NCBI GenBank assembly: GCA_963834385.1
Contig: CAWIBO010000001.1
Span: forward strand, 64,001 to 128,000
DNA length: 64,000 nt
Reading direction: 5' to 3'
Source of the DNA: an uncultured Verrucomicrobiae bacterium
GTDB lineage: Bacteria > Verrucomicrobiota > Verrucomicrobiia > Chthoniobacterales > UBA10450
The notes beneath the pieces were generated by a model, which saw only the letters and a list, made by a program, of their open reading frames with translations, searched no databases and was not told the origin of the DNA. A program made the position numbers and the translations under genes. Every line of letters starts with the position of its first letter. The stretch's first letter is position 1. This document shows, in pieces, positions 18,179 through 29,155 of the stretch.

Positions 18179-19984
18179 ATGCAACCAGCACAAACGCCGA
18201 CCCGCGCCGAGATTCCCGAAAACGATCGCTGGGATCTCACCCACCTTTTTACCAGTGCCGACAAATGGAAGGAGGATGTGGCCTGGATCACCGCGAGTTA
18301 TCCGCGACTGGAGGAATGGCGCAACCGCGTCGGCGAATCGCCCGCTTCCCTGGCGGCTTTGCTTGAGTTCGAGAAGGCGCTCGATCTGAAAATCGAGCGG
18401 GTCTACCACTACGCCTCGCTCCAACTGGCCGAGGATAGCTCGAACAACGATTACCTCTCCCGGACCGGGCAACTGCAAAACCTCATGACGCGGATCGGCG
18501 AACTCGGCGCCTTTATCGGCCCGGAGATTCAGGCCATCGACGACGCGCGCTGGGAGGAATTCATGCAGGACCCGGCGCTGGCGGAGTGGCGCATGCGCCT
18601 GCACAAGATTCGCCGGATGCGTCCCCATGTCCTTTCCGAAAAGGAGGAGCGGCTCCTGGCACTGGGCGGAACGGCCCTGGAAGGATATGACGACGCCTTC
18701 TCGCAATTGACCGACGTCGACATGAAATTCGGCCGGCTGCCGGACGAGCGGGGCGAGGAACGGGAGCTGACACAAACATCCTTCAGCTCCTTCCTGGTCA
18801 AGCGCGACCGCGCGGTGCGGCAGCGGGCCTTTCATCAGTTCTACAAGGAGTTTCGCGACCACCAGTACACCCTCGCCACGGCGCTCTCTTATTCGGTGAA
18901 GGCCGACGTCTTCCGCGCCCGGGCCCGGCATTATCCCTCGGCGCTGCAGGCTTCGCTTTTCCGCGACGACATCCCGGTGGCGGTTTACGACAACCTGATC
19001 GGGAGCGTGCGGGCCAACCTCGCGCCGCTGTATCGCTATTACGAGCTGCGGCGGCGGGTTCTTGGCGTGGAGCAACTGCATCATTACGACACCTACGTGC
19101 CCCTGGTGGCGGAAATTGAGACCCGTTACAGCTTTGACGAGGCGGCGGAGGAAATCCTGGGTGCCCTGGCGCCGCTGGGCCGCGAGTATGTCGAGGTGCT
19201 CGGGGAAGGCCTGCGCGGCCGCTGGTGCGATCGCTACGAAAGCAAAAACAAGCGGAGCGGCGCCTTCTCCTCCGGCAGCTATGGCGCGCCGCCCTACATC
19301 CTCATGAATTACAAGGAGGATGTGTTCGCCGACATCTACACCCTGGCGCATGAAGCCGGCCATTCCATGCACACCTGGTTCTCCCAGAAGCACCAGCTTT
19401 TCCAGGACTACGACTACCCCATCTTCCTGGCGGAGGTGGCCTCCACCTTTAATGAGGAACTGCTGACGCATCACCTTCTCGAGGCAACCACCGATCCGAA
19501 GATGCGGGCCTACCTGCTCAACCGGCAGATCGACGATATCCGCAGCACGCTTTACCGGCAGACCATGTTTGCCGAGTTTGAGAAGGTCATCCATGCCCTC
19601 GAGGAGAGTGGAGAGGCCCTGACCCTTGAGGTCTTCCAGCGGGAATATCGGCGGCTCCTGGAAGCTTATTTTGGCCCGGACTTCGCGCTCGACCCGGAAC
19701 TGGAGCTGGAGTGCCTGCGCATCCCTCACTTCTACAGCGCCTTTTACGTCTACAAATATGCCACCGGCATTTCGGCGGCCATCGCCCTGGCCCAACGGGT
19801 CCTCGGCGGCGGCCCCGGCGAGACGGACCAATACCTCGGCTTCCTCAGATCAGGCGGCTCCCGCTTTCCGCTCGAGACCCTCGAGGCGGCGGGGGTGGAC
19901 ATGCGGACACCGGCCCCGGTGGAAAGTGCCCTGCGTCTCTTCGACCAGCGGGTCACGGAGCTGGAAGAGATCCTCCTGAAATAG
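18179..19984 (+). CDS. pepF: Oligoendopeptidase F (M3B)
   Basis: KRSGAFSSG, TLAHEAGHSMH, AEVASTFNE, RIPHFY, YVYKYATG. Confidence 0.95.
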   Translation: MQPAQTPTRAEIPENDRWDLTHLFTSADKWKEDVAWITASYPRLEEWRNRVGESPASLAALLEFEKALDLKIERVYHYASLQLAEDSSNNDYLSRTGQLQNLMTRIGELGAFIGPEIQAIDDARWEEFMQDPALAEWRMRLHKIRRMRPHVLSEKEERLLALGGTALEGYDDAFSQLTDVDMKFGRLPDERGEERELTQTSFSSFLVKRDRAVRQRAFHQFYKEFRDHQYTLATALSYSVKADVFRARARHYPSALQASLFRDDIPVAVYDNLIGSVRANLAPLYRYYELRRRVLGVEQLHHYDTYVPLVAEIETRYSFDEAAEEILGALAPLGREYVEVLGEGLRGRWCDRYESKNKRSGAFSSGSYGAPPYILMNYKEDVFADIYTLAHEAGHSMHTWFSQKHQLFQDYDYPIFLAEVASTFNEELLTHHLLEATTDPKMRAYLLNRQIDDIRSTLYRQTMFAEFEKVIHALEESGEALTLEVFQREYRRLLEAYFGPDFALDPELELECLRIPHFYSAFYVYKYATGISAAIALAQRVLGGGPGETDQYLGFLRSGGSRFPLETLEAAGVDMRTPAPVESALRLFDQRVTELEEILLK

Positions 19985-20040
19985 CCGGCAAACTCACCGG
20001 CCGGGCGGGCGGGCAAGGATTTTGCTAGCTCTGTGGAGCC

Positions 20041-20508
20041 ATGAGCTTCGAAAGGCAGATTCGCGCCGCCAGTGGCTACGCCGAACTGGGCATGAATCGG
20101 GAAGCTCGTGCCGAGCTCCGGTCGATCCCGGTCGCGCTGCAAAAACGCCCGGAAGTGCTGGCCCTCCGCCTCCATTTCCTGATGCAGCGAAAATCATGGG
20201 CCTCGGCCCTCCGCCTGAGCCACCAGCTTTGCCGGGTGGCTCCGCATTGCGGAACCGGTTTTCTGCACGCCGGGTTTTGCCTGCACCAGCTCGGAAAAAC
20301 CGCCGCGGCAAAGAATCTTCTGCTCAAGGGGCCTTCCTGCCTGCTCAAGGAACCGATCTATTATTACAACATGGGATGCTACGAGGCCCTTCTCGGCAAC
20401 ATCAAGGGAGCGCAGGAACACTTGAAGGTCAGCTTCAAGATGGACACCTCCTTCCGCGAGCTGGCCCGCAGAGATCCTGACCTCAAGGCTCTCCAGGAAT
20501 TGTTCTGA
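20041..20508 (+). CDS. TPR-like protein
   Basis: Helical repeats; YYNMGCYEALLG...ARRDPDL tail. Confidence 0.75.
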   Translation: MSFERQIRAASGYAELGMNREARAELRSIPVALQKRPEVLALRLHFLMQRKSWASALRLSHQLCRVAPHCGTGFLHAGFCLHQLGKTAAAKNLLLKGPSCLLKEPIYYYNMGCYEALLGNIKGAQEHLKVSFKMDTSFRELARRDPDLKALQELF

Positions 20509-20551
20509 GGCCGTAGTCTCCCCGGGCGCGGGATGCTACCGTGCCGGGCAC

Positions 20552-21697
20552 GTGGAAATCACACCGGCCATCAAGGATCGCCTGACGCAGCTCTTCGAGG
20601 AGAACTTTCGCGAACAGGGCGAGCTGGGAGCAGCGCTTTCCATCTGGTGGCACGGCCGGCCCGCGCTCGAACTTCATGGCGGGTTTCGCGACGCGCACCG
20701 TCGCGAACCCTGGACCCCCGACACCATCGTTTTGGTCTGGTCGGCCACAAAAGGACCCGGGGCGGCCTGCCTTCTGCACGCCTTGCAGGAGCACGACATT
20801 TCCCTGCAACGACGGGTGGCGGAGTTGTGGCCGGAGTTTGCCCAGGCGGGCAAGGAGGCCATCACCCTGGCGCAGCTTCTCTCCCACCAGGCCGGGCTCA
20901 GCGCCTTCGATCAAGCGGTCGAGGTCCAGGATTACGCCGCGGTGGTCGATGCGCTCGCCGGACAGGCTCCCGTCTGGCCGCCCGGCGAGGGGCACGGCTA
21001 CCACGCGCGCACCTTCGGTTTTCTTCTCGACGAACTCATTCGGCGCGTGACCGGGCTCGGGGCGGGAGAATACTGGCAACAGACATTTGCCCGGCCGCTC
21101 GCGCTCGATTTCTGGATCGGTTTACCCGCGGAGATGAACGCACGCGCCGCCACGATCTACGCGGCCCGCGCGGGCGCCACGGTTCCCTCGCCGCCGGAAT
21201 TTTATCGCGACCTCGCCACTCCCGGAACCCTTGTCCGACGCACCTTTACCTCCCCGCGCGGCCTTCATGCGGTCAGCGCCATGAACCAGCCGCAGAACCG
21301 TGCGCTGCCGCTCGTTTCCTTTGGTGGGATCGGCAGCGCGACCGCCCTGGGGAAATTCTACGCCATGCTGGCCAATGGCGGCGAACTCGACGGGCACCGC
21401 TTTTTCCGCCGGGAAACGATTGACCTCATGAGCACCACCCTCTCTTCGGGCCTGGACCGGGTTTTCGGGCTTTCCACCGCTTTCTCCGCCGGCTTCATGC
21501 AGAATCCCGACGCGCAAACAACGATCTTCGGTTCCTCGCCCCGGGCCTTTGGACATCCAGGAGCGGGTGGCAGCCACGCCTTTGCCGACCCGGAGAATAA
21601 TCTCGCCTTCGCCTACGTCATGAACCAGATGCAGCAGTCGCTCCTGCCGAACGAGAAGTCGCTTCGCCTGGTGCGGGCCCTTTACGGCGAGACCTGA
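20552..21697 (+). CDS. Serine hydrolase, beta-lactamase/EstA family VIII esterase
   Basis: SATK (SxxK), LLSHQAG, GYHARTFG, FGHPGAGG. Confidence 0.9.
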   Translation: MEITPAIKDRLTQLFEENFREQGELGAALSIWWHGRPALELHGGFRDAHRREPWTPDTIVLVWSATKGPGAACLLHALQEHDISLQRRVAELWPEFAQAGKEAITLAQLLSHQAGLSAFDQAVEVQDYAAVVDALAGQAPVWPPGEGHGYHARTFGFLLDELIRRVTGLGAGEYWQQTFARPLALDFWIGLPAEMNARAATIYAARAGATVPSPPEFYRDLATPGTLVRRTFTSPRGLHAVSAMNQPQNRALPLVSFGGIGSATALGKFYAMLANGGELDGHRFFRRETIDLMSTTLSSGLDRVFGLSTAFSAGFMQNPDAQTTIFGSSPRAFGHPGAGGSHAFADPENNLAFAYVMNQMQQSLLPNEKSLRLVRALYGET

Positions 21698-21709
21698 AAA
21701 GCACGCTCC

Positions 21710-22126
21710 CTACTCGCCCAGAACAGTCACCACCACCCGGCGCCGGTGGGGCGAGGCGCGATGCTCGAAGAGGAATATTCCCTGCCAGGTGCCCAGTTGC
21801 AGCTGTCCCTCGAGCACGGGGATCACCTCGCTCGAGCGGGTCAGCGCCATGCGAATATGCGCCGGCATGTCATCCGGCCCCTCGTCGTCGTGCTCGTAAT
21901 CCGCGGACTCGGGAACCAGACGATCGAAGAACCGCTCGAGGTCGCGCCGGGCGGCCGGGGCGGCGTTTTCCATGAGGAGGAGGCTGCAACTGGTATGACG
22001 AACAAACACGGTGGCCGTGCCGGTGCGCACACCGCTCGCCGCCACCGCTTCCGCCACGTCGCGGGTGAACTCGTACGTGCCCTTTCCCGAGGTTCGAACC
22101 TCAAAGGCGGCGCCATGAACTTTCAT
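21710..22126 (-). CDS. yjbQ: YjbQ family (UPF0047) protein
   Basis: HTSCSL, EN, EGPDDMPAHIR, LGTWQGIFLFEHR. Confidence 0.92.
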   Translation of the reverse strand: MKVHGAAFEVRTSGKGTYEFTRDVAEAVAASGVRTGTATVFVRHTSCSLLLMENAAPAARRDLERFFDRLVPESADYEHDDEGPDDMPAHIRMALTRSSEVIPVLEGQLQLGTWQGIFLFEHRASPHRRRVVVTVLGE

Positions 22127-22130
22127 AGCC

Positions 22131-22169
22131 AAAAGAAAGGGCCTTGCCCGTTGCCAGGCAAGGCCCCTT
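22131..22169 (-). terminator. Intrinsic terminator after the lectin gene
   Basis: Minus strand GGGCCTTGCC-tggcaacg-GGCAAGGCCC followed by TTTCTTTT. Confidence 0.8.
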
Positions 22170-22182
22170 GCGCAGCCGTTCC

Positions 22183-24982
22183 TTATCGGGTGTTGTAAAC
22201 CTCCACCAGGCCGATGCCGGTCGTATCGTTGTGGCCGGAAAGAATCACCGTGTAGGCCCCCAGGGGCAGGGTGATCAGGATCGCGGACTCCGCGGAATTC
22301 CCCGGCGCCAGTCCGCTGGCGTCGATCGCCGCTTGCTGCGAATCGGCCCAGTCGTTGTTGGCTGCGATGACCATGCCGTTTCCATTAACGAGCGCGAGTT
22401 CCGGATCGGCCAGGGCCTCGGTGATGCCGGCCTGCTCAAGGGAGGGTCCCATGCCGCGCACCACGACCTCCGTTTCGCCGCCATTGTCGAGGATAAACCC
22501 GCCGATAACGACATTGTCGCCGGTTCCGACGTGGGCCCGCGTCGAGATGTTGGCGAGGGCGGCATCAGAGTCCGGGTCAATATCGTAGACTTCAACCAGG
22601 CCGGTGCCGGTTTCGCCGTTCGCGCCTCGCAGGATGGCCGTGTGACGGCCCAGGCCAAGGGTGGCGATAATCGCCGCTTCTGTCGCATTGTCGGGTTCCA
22701 GTCCGTGGTCTGACAGTTCCATCAGATCGGAAGGGTTATTGGACTGCCAGTTATCATTGGTCGCGAGGGAAACGCCGTTTTCATCCCGCAGATCAAGGAA
22801 CGGGTCCTCCAGCGTGTCCACGATGCCGGCGCTGGCCAGGGAAGGACCAATTCCGCGGATGACCAAACGCTTTGTGATCGGCGGCACGCTCCGGGTGGGC
22901 ATGCGGCTCGCGTGCAGGTCCTGGACGATGAATCCGGCGATCGCCACGCGGTCGCCGGTCTCGACAAAAGCGCGGGTGGAAATGTTTGCGGCCTGCGCTG
23001 GCACGACGCGGACCAGGGAGACATCAAACTTGGTTGTGTCGAAGGACCACTCGGCATTGATGCCCATGATGAAGTCGAGCCGGTCCCCCGCCCGCAAACT
23101 GAGGGATTGCACCGTGGAGAATCCGGCCCCGTTCGGCAGGCTGCCGCTCTCAGTCACCAATTCGCCGTTGAGCGTGATGGCCGCGGCAAAGCCGTCGCCG
23201 CCATTCGGATCGAGGTCCTGCCAGAAAGCCAGCAGATCGTAGGTGCCATCCTCGGGAACGGTGAAGCGCACCACCGGCGTCTCACCCGACGAGGTGGGCG
23301 CGATAAGGAGATCTGCGGGATTCAACGCGAGCAGCGGTCCAAAGCCGAGACTGAAGACAATGGGCGTGGTGTCGACGTTGGTCGCGACCGCGGTCTGGTC
23401 GCTCCAGCCTTCGAACGCCTCGTTATTGTTGCTGTTCGAGCCGGAGTTGATGTGGCTCTCCAGGCTGGTAAAGCCCGTGGACATTGGATGGAAGGTGCTG
23501 CCTAGAACGCCGGCCGTAGGACCACTGGGGCACCACCCCGTTCGGATTCTCGAGTTCCGTGCTGCCGGCGTCGGGCTCATCCGGCTTTTCGTTCGTGACC
23601 AGGTCGCGCCCGGCCACCCAGGTCGTCGCCCCCTCCGCCACCGGGGTGATCATGGCGTCGAAACGCGCGCTGTCGGCCAGGTTGGTCGAGTTTGTCCCGA
23701 GAAGGAAATCAACGGTTGCCCCGGCCTCGAGACTAACCACCGCGGCGTGGTGGGCGCCGTCCCGATTGGCAAAGCTGGCATCGAAAATACTGCTCCCGTT
23801 CACGACGATATGGGCGCTGGCGCCATCCCCCGCGTTCCAATCCGCATCCTGCCAGAACGCGCGCACAAAATAGGAGCCGGGGGCGGGTGCGGTCCATCGC
23901 ACCACCGAATAGCCGGCTTGGGGCGGATGAAACTGAATCTCGCCGGGATGGTAGGGTTGCACTCCGGAGATGGAGGTTCTGGCGGTATCCACATTGACCG
24001 CGACAATCGCGTCATCGGATCGGCGCCACCCTTCCAGCGCTTCCACCCCGGAAGCGTCGGTATGATCGCCGGCTGGGAAAAGATCGAGGCTCGTGCTAGC
24101 CACGTCGGTTCGGGTGCCATAACTCCACTCGGGCACTGTCGGATTCGGGTTCATCGCGCCCCGGGCATCGTCCGGCTTTTCGTTCGCCTTCAGGTCGCGG
24201 CCGGCCACCCAATTGATTCCCTCGCCCGCGCTCTGGAACGACCAGCTGGCGATGTCGTGATTCTCAAAAGCGGCGCCGGTCCCGGCAACAAATCCCACGT
24301 AGGCCCGCCCATTCTCAAAGCCAAGGACATTCAGATCAACCGCTACGGAAAGGACCTGGGTCTGGTCTACGGAGACGAAGAGCACTCCGTCTCGGTAATC
24401 GATCCGCACGGTGTGGAGATTGCCATCGGAAAAGTTCGGCAGATCCCCTTTCAGAGCCCCGCCGATGGAGAAGAATTCATCCGCGCTGTTCGCAGATTCG
24501 TCGCCGGTCGTATGCACGCTGACGTGATTATTGTCCGGATCGTCAAGTTCGGCATTGCTCCAGGTATCGAACTCGATTGCGATGCTCTTCACGAGACCCT
24601 CGTAGCCGATGTGGTCTTCAAGGGCGTCGCTTCCCTGGTTCTGGATGACGAAGGCGAAGCCGTCCCCTCCGTCTTCTCGTTGTAATTGTCATCGATTCCG
24701 CCCGGCGCCGTGACGCGAAAGGTAAAGGTCGTGGAAAATCCATCCGTCACCATCTGGCGCCCGGAAAACCAGGCGGAGCCGACCTGGCTCGTCCATGGCC
24801 GGAGTCAGACGAAGATCAGTGCTCTCCTGGGCGGCGCATCCGTTCAGGACAAGGCCGGAGGTGCTGCTGAAGTCCGTGAACTCAAAATCCGCCCGGGCGG
24901 ATTTTGGCAACGCCAGGAGAACAAGCGCGAGCGCGCCGAGACAGGATAACGCGGGGAAAAGCGGCCGTGATCGGAAAAGCAT
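22183..24982 (-). CDS. Large secreted protein: L-type (legume) lectin domain + two tandem ~185-aa repeats + two NISTR domains; three apparent frameshifts
   Basis: Signal peptide from ATG 24982. Lectin motifs LRLT, GSAWF, GGDGFAFVIQ, AIEFDT, AYVGF lie across frames. WVAGRDLxxNEKPD repeated twice. ANISTRAFVETGD and ANISTRAHVGTGD domains end in GLVEVY. Shifts at ~24787, ~24670 and ~23500. Confidence 0.8.
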
Positions 24983-25077
24983 GCAGCGTTTTCTGGCATG
25001 GAACGAAATAAGTAAAGCACGAAAGAAACATATTTCCCGCAGCGTTGCCCGGCCGGTTTCACCGGCTATTCTTGACC

Positions 25078-25684
25078 ATGAACAAGCCGGCCCTGGTCGC
25101 GATTTTTCTTCGCGATTCTTTCGACGAGCCTGTTCGGCGCGGAACCGGATCAGGCGAAGATCGCCGACCTCTACCGGCGCGGCGTGGCCGGCGAAGCGGG
25201 CGCTGTCGCGGAATGCATCGCGGCCCTGGAGAAGATCGTGATTGCCACGCCGGACAATCACCTCGCCCGCGTTTACCTGGGGAGCGCCTACACTTTGCAA
25301 AGTCGCGACCTCGGCCTGGGCCCGGGCAAGCTGGCGGCGCTGCGAAAGGGCCTGCGCACGATGGAGCAGGCGGTCGAGGCGGCCCCGCGCGATGCCCGGG
25401 TCCGGTTTGTGCAGGCGATCACCCTGCAGGCGATGCCGGCGTTTTTGGGGCAACGGAAGAAAGCGCAGGGTGAAGTGCTCCGCCTGGCGGGACTGGTGGA
25501 GAAAACACCCGGTCTGCTGCCCGCGGAGGATCGGCAAACCGTTTTCCTTAACGCCGGTTACGCCGCGCAAAGTGCAGGAGACAGGAAGACCGCCGTGCGT
25601 TACTGGAAGTCGGGCCTTTCCCTGGCGGCCGATCCCCGGACCACCGCCGATCTCCGAAACGCCCTGGCCAAACATGGAAAATGA
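25078..25684 (+). CDS. Secreted TPR-like hypothetical protein; one apparent frameshift (~25110)
   Basis: Removing one base joins MNKPALVAIFL to AILSTSLFGAEPDQAKIADLY..., giving a signal peptide plus helical repeats. Confidence 0.65.
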
Positions 25685-26241
25685 CCTGCAGAAAGTCCTC
25701 TTCAACGAGGCAACCATCCTGCGCCGGCTCGATGAGCTGGCCGCGCAAATCTCGGCGGATTACAACGACCGGGAACTGACCGTGATCGCGGTCCTGAACG
25801 GCAGCCTGATCTTCATGGCCGACCTGCTCCGGCGGATTCCCCTGCCCCTCAAGCTCGATTGCCTGAGCGTGGCCAGTTATCACGGCGGGACCAAGTCCTC
25901 CGGGGAGGTGGTCTTTCGCCAGGTCGCCCTGCCCGACATCAAGGGCCGGCATATCCTTATCCTCGACGACATCCTGGACAGTGGCCTGACCCTCTCAGCC
26001 ATCCGGGAAAAACTGGAGACGGCCGGGCCGTTGAGCGTGAAAATCTGCGTCCTCTTGAAGAAAAACATCGAGCGCGCCATGCCGCTCGGAGGCGGACTAC
26101 TGCGGCTTCGAAATCGGCAATGAATTCGTTGTCGGTTACGGCCTGGACTACATGGAGCACTACCGCAACCTCCCGTTCATCGGGGTCCTGCGCCCCGAGG
26201 TGGTGGCGCAGCGACAGACCGCGCCTGGGACCGCGGCCTAG
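25674..26241 (+). CDS. hpt: Hypoxanthine phosphoribosyltransferase; one apparent frameshift (~26088)
   Basis: [24 protein letters not shown] (PRPP loop). The +1 frame continues [32 protein letters not shown] to TAG 26239-26241. Confidence 0.92.
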
Positions 26242-26723
26242 TCGCGGAAGTTCTGGAAGCCCGTGGCCACGCCGAAATCTTTTCCGCGAACGAACTGGAT
26301 GACTTCCTGGAGGTCATCACGCTTTTTTCCAGTCACCCGGATCTGACGATCCTGCAGGGCACTTTGCACCTTGAAGCCTTCGCCCTTGATCGCCTTGATG
26401 ATTTCCTTGGCCTTGTCCCCCTCGAGGCCTTGCTGGATCTTGAGTTCCTGGCGGGCATGGCCGATCGAGGAAATCGCCGCGTCCTCCTGGTTGATGTTGC
26501 GGAGGTCAACCCCGCGCTTGGAGAGCTTGCCAATGACGATCTCGCGCAAACCCCGCAGCCGGTTGGCGTCCTCCGCGGTCAGGACGATTTTGTCCTTCTC
26601 GAAGGTGACCTCGGCCTGGCTTCCCTTGAAATCAAAGCGGGTGGCGAGTTCCTTGCGCGCCTGGTTCAAGGCATTGTCGATCTCCTGCTTGTCCACTTCC
26701 GAAACGATGTCGAACGACGGCAT
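26238..26723 (-). CDS. yajQ: YajQ family nucleotide/c-di-GMP-binding protein
   Basis: [31 protein letters not shown]. Confidence 0.96.
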   Translation of the reverse strand: MPSFDIVSEVDKQEIDNALNQARKELATRFDFKGSQAEVTFEKDKIVLTAEDANRLRGLREIVIGKLSKRGVDLRNINQEDAAISSIGHARQELKIQQGLEGDKAKEIIKAIKGEGFKVQSALQDRQIRVTGKKRDDLQEVIQFVRGKDFGVATGFQNFRD

Positions 26724-26796
26724 GGGCAGAGTGTCGAATTGAGATTTGCCCTTGTCGATTGAATAGAATGGGCGGGCCTGGCTTTCCCGAGATTCC

Positions 26797-28185
26797 ATGA
26801 GGTTCATCTTGCATCACCGCCTGGTTCTTCTCCTCCTGGTGACGGCGCTTCTCCTTGGCACCGGTTGCGGGCGCCGGATTTCGACCGAGGAAAGGGAGCT
26901 TCGGCGCGAACTGCGCTCCGCCCTGCGCGAGCGGAATCATGAGAAAGCCGAGACGCTGGCCCGGGCGGTCCTGGTCCATGCTCCCGCTGACAACGGGGCG
27001 TGGGAACGACTGTTGCAGGCGCAGCTTGGACGCCGGGACCACGCCGCCGCGAAGGAATCCCTGCGGCAATGGCGGGAAGCGGTGCGCGAGACTTCCCCAA
27101 AGTGGGATGAATATTACGGGAACCTCGCCGCGGCCCTGAACGACCCCCGGCAGGCAGCCGACTCCTGGCGCAAGGTGCTTCGCGCACAACCGCGCAACCG
27201 GCGGGTCCTGGAAAAGCTGGCGCGATTGGAACAGCACGAACGGCATTGGCGCGAGGCCGAAGCCGTCTGGGGAGCGTTGCTGGCGCTGGAGGAACGGCCA
27301 CATGCCCTTGTGCAACGCGCCATTTGCCGCCGCCATCTTCACCGGTGGACCGAAGCGGCCGCCGACCTTCACCGTGCCCGGGAGCTGGCGCCGGACGATC
27401 CGCTCGTGCAGCGATGGTGGCAGCGTTCGGAGAAACTGACCCGAGTGCTTGGGGCGATTCGGGAACTCGACCGGCAGATCGCCGTCTCGCCGCGTGACGC
27501 CATCCTGCGGACCGAGCGCGCCCTCCTTCTCCTGCGGGCGGAGGAACCCGAACTGGCGCTCGAAGACACCGCGGCCGCCACGGAAGCGGCGCCGACTTCA
27601 ATGCGTCCAAAACTTTTGCACGCGCTGGCCTTGCGGGCCGCCGGACAGGAAAAGGAAGCCGCCGCCACCGGCGTGCGCACAACCTTGCACCTGGATTCGC
27701 TCACGCCCGATCTGCTGGAAACGTTCTCGCGCCTGGACGCGGAGATCGCGACCGAGGGAGCCAACCCCGAACTTTTCGTGACGCGCGCCTGGCACTTGAA
27801 CGAAATCGGGCAGCCGGAACTGGCGCTCTCAGATGCGGAAACCGCCGCGCGACTTGATCCGCGGCGCGCCGGGGCGTTTGCGGAACAAAGCTACGCCTTG
27901 AGCAAGCTGGCCCGGGGCGAGGAGGCGCTCCGGCAAATCAAGGCCGCGACCGAGCTCGATCCAAATTCCGGCACCGCCTGGCAATACCGGGGCGAATTGG
28001 AACTCCTTCATGGCAACCCTTCCGCCGCCGCCGATTCGCTCTCGCGCGCCTTCGCCATCACCCAGTCGCCGGTCGCCCTGCTCAGACGGGCGGACGCCTA
28101 CCGGCAGCTCGGGCAGAGCGACAAAGCCGCAACGGACCAGGAAACCCTGCGCCGACTGGAGGAGCGTCCCGTTAACCCGCGCTAG
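26797..28185 (+). CDS. TPR-repeat protein, probable lipoprotein
   Basis: Hydrophobic N-terminus ending LGTGC; repeated TPR-like helices (A..LAP.D, A..LDP). Confidence 0.75.
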   Translation: MRFILHHRLVLLLLVTALLLGTGCGRRISTEERELRRELRSALRERNHEKAETLARAVLVHAPADNGAWERLLQAQLGRRDHAAAKESLRQWREAVRETSPKWDEYYGNLAAALNDPRQAADSWRKVLRAQPRNRRVLEKLARLEQHERHWREAEAVWGALLALEERPHALVQRAICRRHLHRWTEAAADLHRARELAPDDPLVQRWWQRSEKLTRVLGAIRELDRQIAVSPRDAILRTERALLLLRAEEPELALEDTAAATEAAPTSMRPKLLHALALRAAGQEKEAAATGVRTTLHLDSLTPDLLETFSRLDAEIATEGANPELFVTRAWHLNEIGQPELALSDAETAARLDPRRAGAFAEQSYALSKLARGEEALRQIKAATELDPNSGTAWQYRGELELLHGNPSAAADSLSRAFAITQSPVALLRRADAYRQLGQSDKAATDQETLRRLEERPVNPR

Positions 28186-29084
28186 TAGGAACGCTCCAGC
28201 CGGACGCCATCCCGCCTTGCCTCCAGATAAAGCGTCGCCGCCGGGGAGTCGCCCGTGACAAAGGAAAAACGTTCCGGCACCACCCGGGGCGACACACCGG
28301 TCAGGCTGTCGTGCACGGCGCCATGTGGCGCCAGGGCATCCATGCGAAAGGAAGCCGAGCCCGGGACATAAAAGCGCAATGATCCCTTGTCGATGACGGC
28401 GCGGACCAGGAATGGAATCGGTTCCCACCAGTCGTAGCCGAGAGCCAGCACCCCCTGGCGCACGGAAACGTCGATGGTGGAAAAGCAATTCCGGACCACG
28501 AGGCGACCGTTCCCCAGTTCCGTTCGGAGCGTCCGGCCTCGAAGACCTTCCAGGAGAACGTCGCCGCTCTCCATCCGCAGTTTTTCGACGGACGCGTGCA
28601 CCGGCACGAAAAGAACGAGATCAACCACCCCCGACCGGTCCTGCCCCAGTTTCCAGCCACCGGCAGGCCGGCCTGGAACGCTCGCCTTGATCCCGATCCG
28701 CCCGGCCGTGGCCGAAACGCGAAGATCGATCGCTTCGAGGCGGGCGCGCGAATAGGCCCGCCGCACGGCTTTCAGGTGCACGCGATTGCCCTCCGATCCA
28801 TACACCCGGATCGCTCCCTCAAAATTCTCCAGGGAAAGACGAACGTCGGAAGCAACCTCCCACGATTCCTCCGACATTTTTTCCTCCACCTTGTTCCCGG
28901 CGAAATCGCAGCCGCCCCAAACCGGACACAGAAGAACAAGAACGGAAAAAGCTGCGCAACTCGCCGCTCTGCTCAGATCGGACTCGCAAAGGAAGGCACG
29001 AAATCGCCGCGTGACGGCGGGCGCGCCGGGCCCATCGACATTTTCTGGTAAAGGACGGAAAGCGCTGCGGGAGTCGGTATTCAC
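28182..29084 (-). CDS. DUF4097-like beta-repeat exported protein
   Basis: Hydrophobic segment, then LSLENFEGAIRVYG, VDLVLFVP and repeated ..G.V.. beta motifs; start uncertain. Confidence 0.55.
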   Translation of the reverse strand: MNTDSRSAFRPLPENVDGPGAPAVTRRFRAFLCESDLSRAASCAAFSVLVLLCPVWGGCDFAGNKVEEKMSEESWEVASDVRLSLENFEGAIRVYGSEGNRVHLKAVRRAYSRARLEAIDLRVSATAGRIGIKASVPGRPAGGWKLGQDRSGVVDLVLFVPVHASVEKLRMESGDVLLEGLRGRTLRTELGNGRLVVRNCFSTIDVSVRQGVLALGYDWWEPIPFLVRAVIDKGSLRFYVPGSASFRMDALAPHGAVHDSLTGVSPRVVPERFSFVTGDSPAATLYLEARRDGVRLERSY

Positions 29085-29155
29085 ATCTCGAAAGATGTGC
29101 TGACAGAAGCTGAAAAACCGTGCGCGGGCAACTGTCGCAAGAGCTGCGCGCCCCG

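Noticed and set aside
16547..19831. Very long antisense ORFs (also 9449..11626, 42656..44911, 61820..63604, 23243..24685)
   Set aside because: Shadow frames opposite well-supported genes, expected at high GC; no recognisable motifs.
26080..26100. Programmed frameshifting or phase variation in hpt, dcp and the glycosyltransferase
   Set aside because: No slippery heptamers or long homopolymers at the shift sites; the pattern fits sequencing error.
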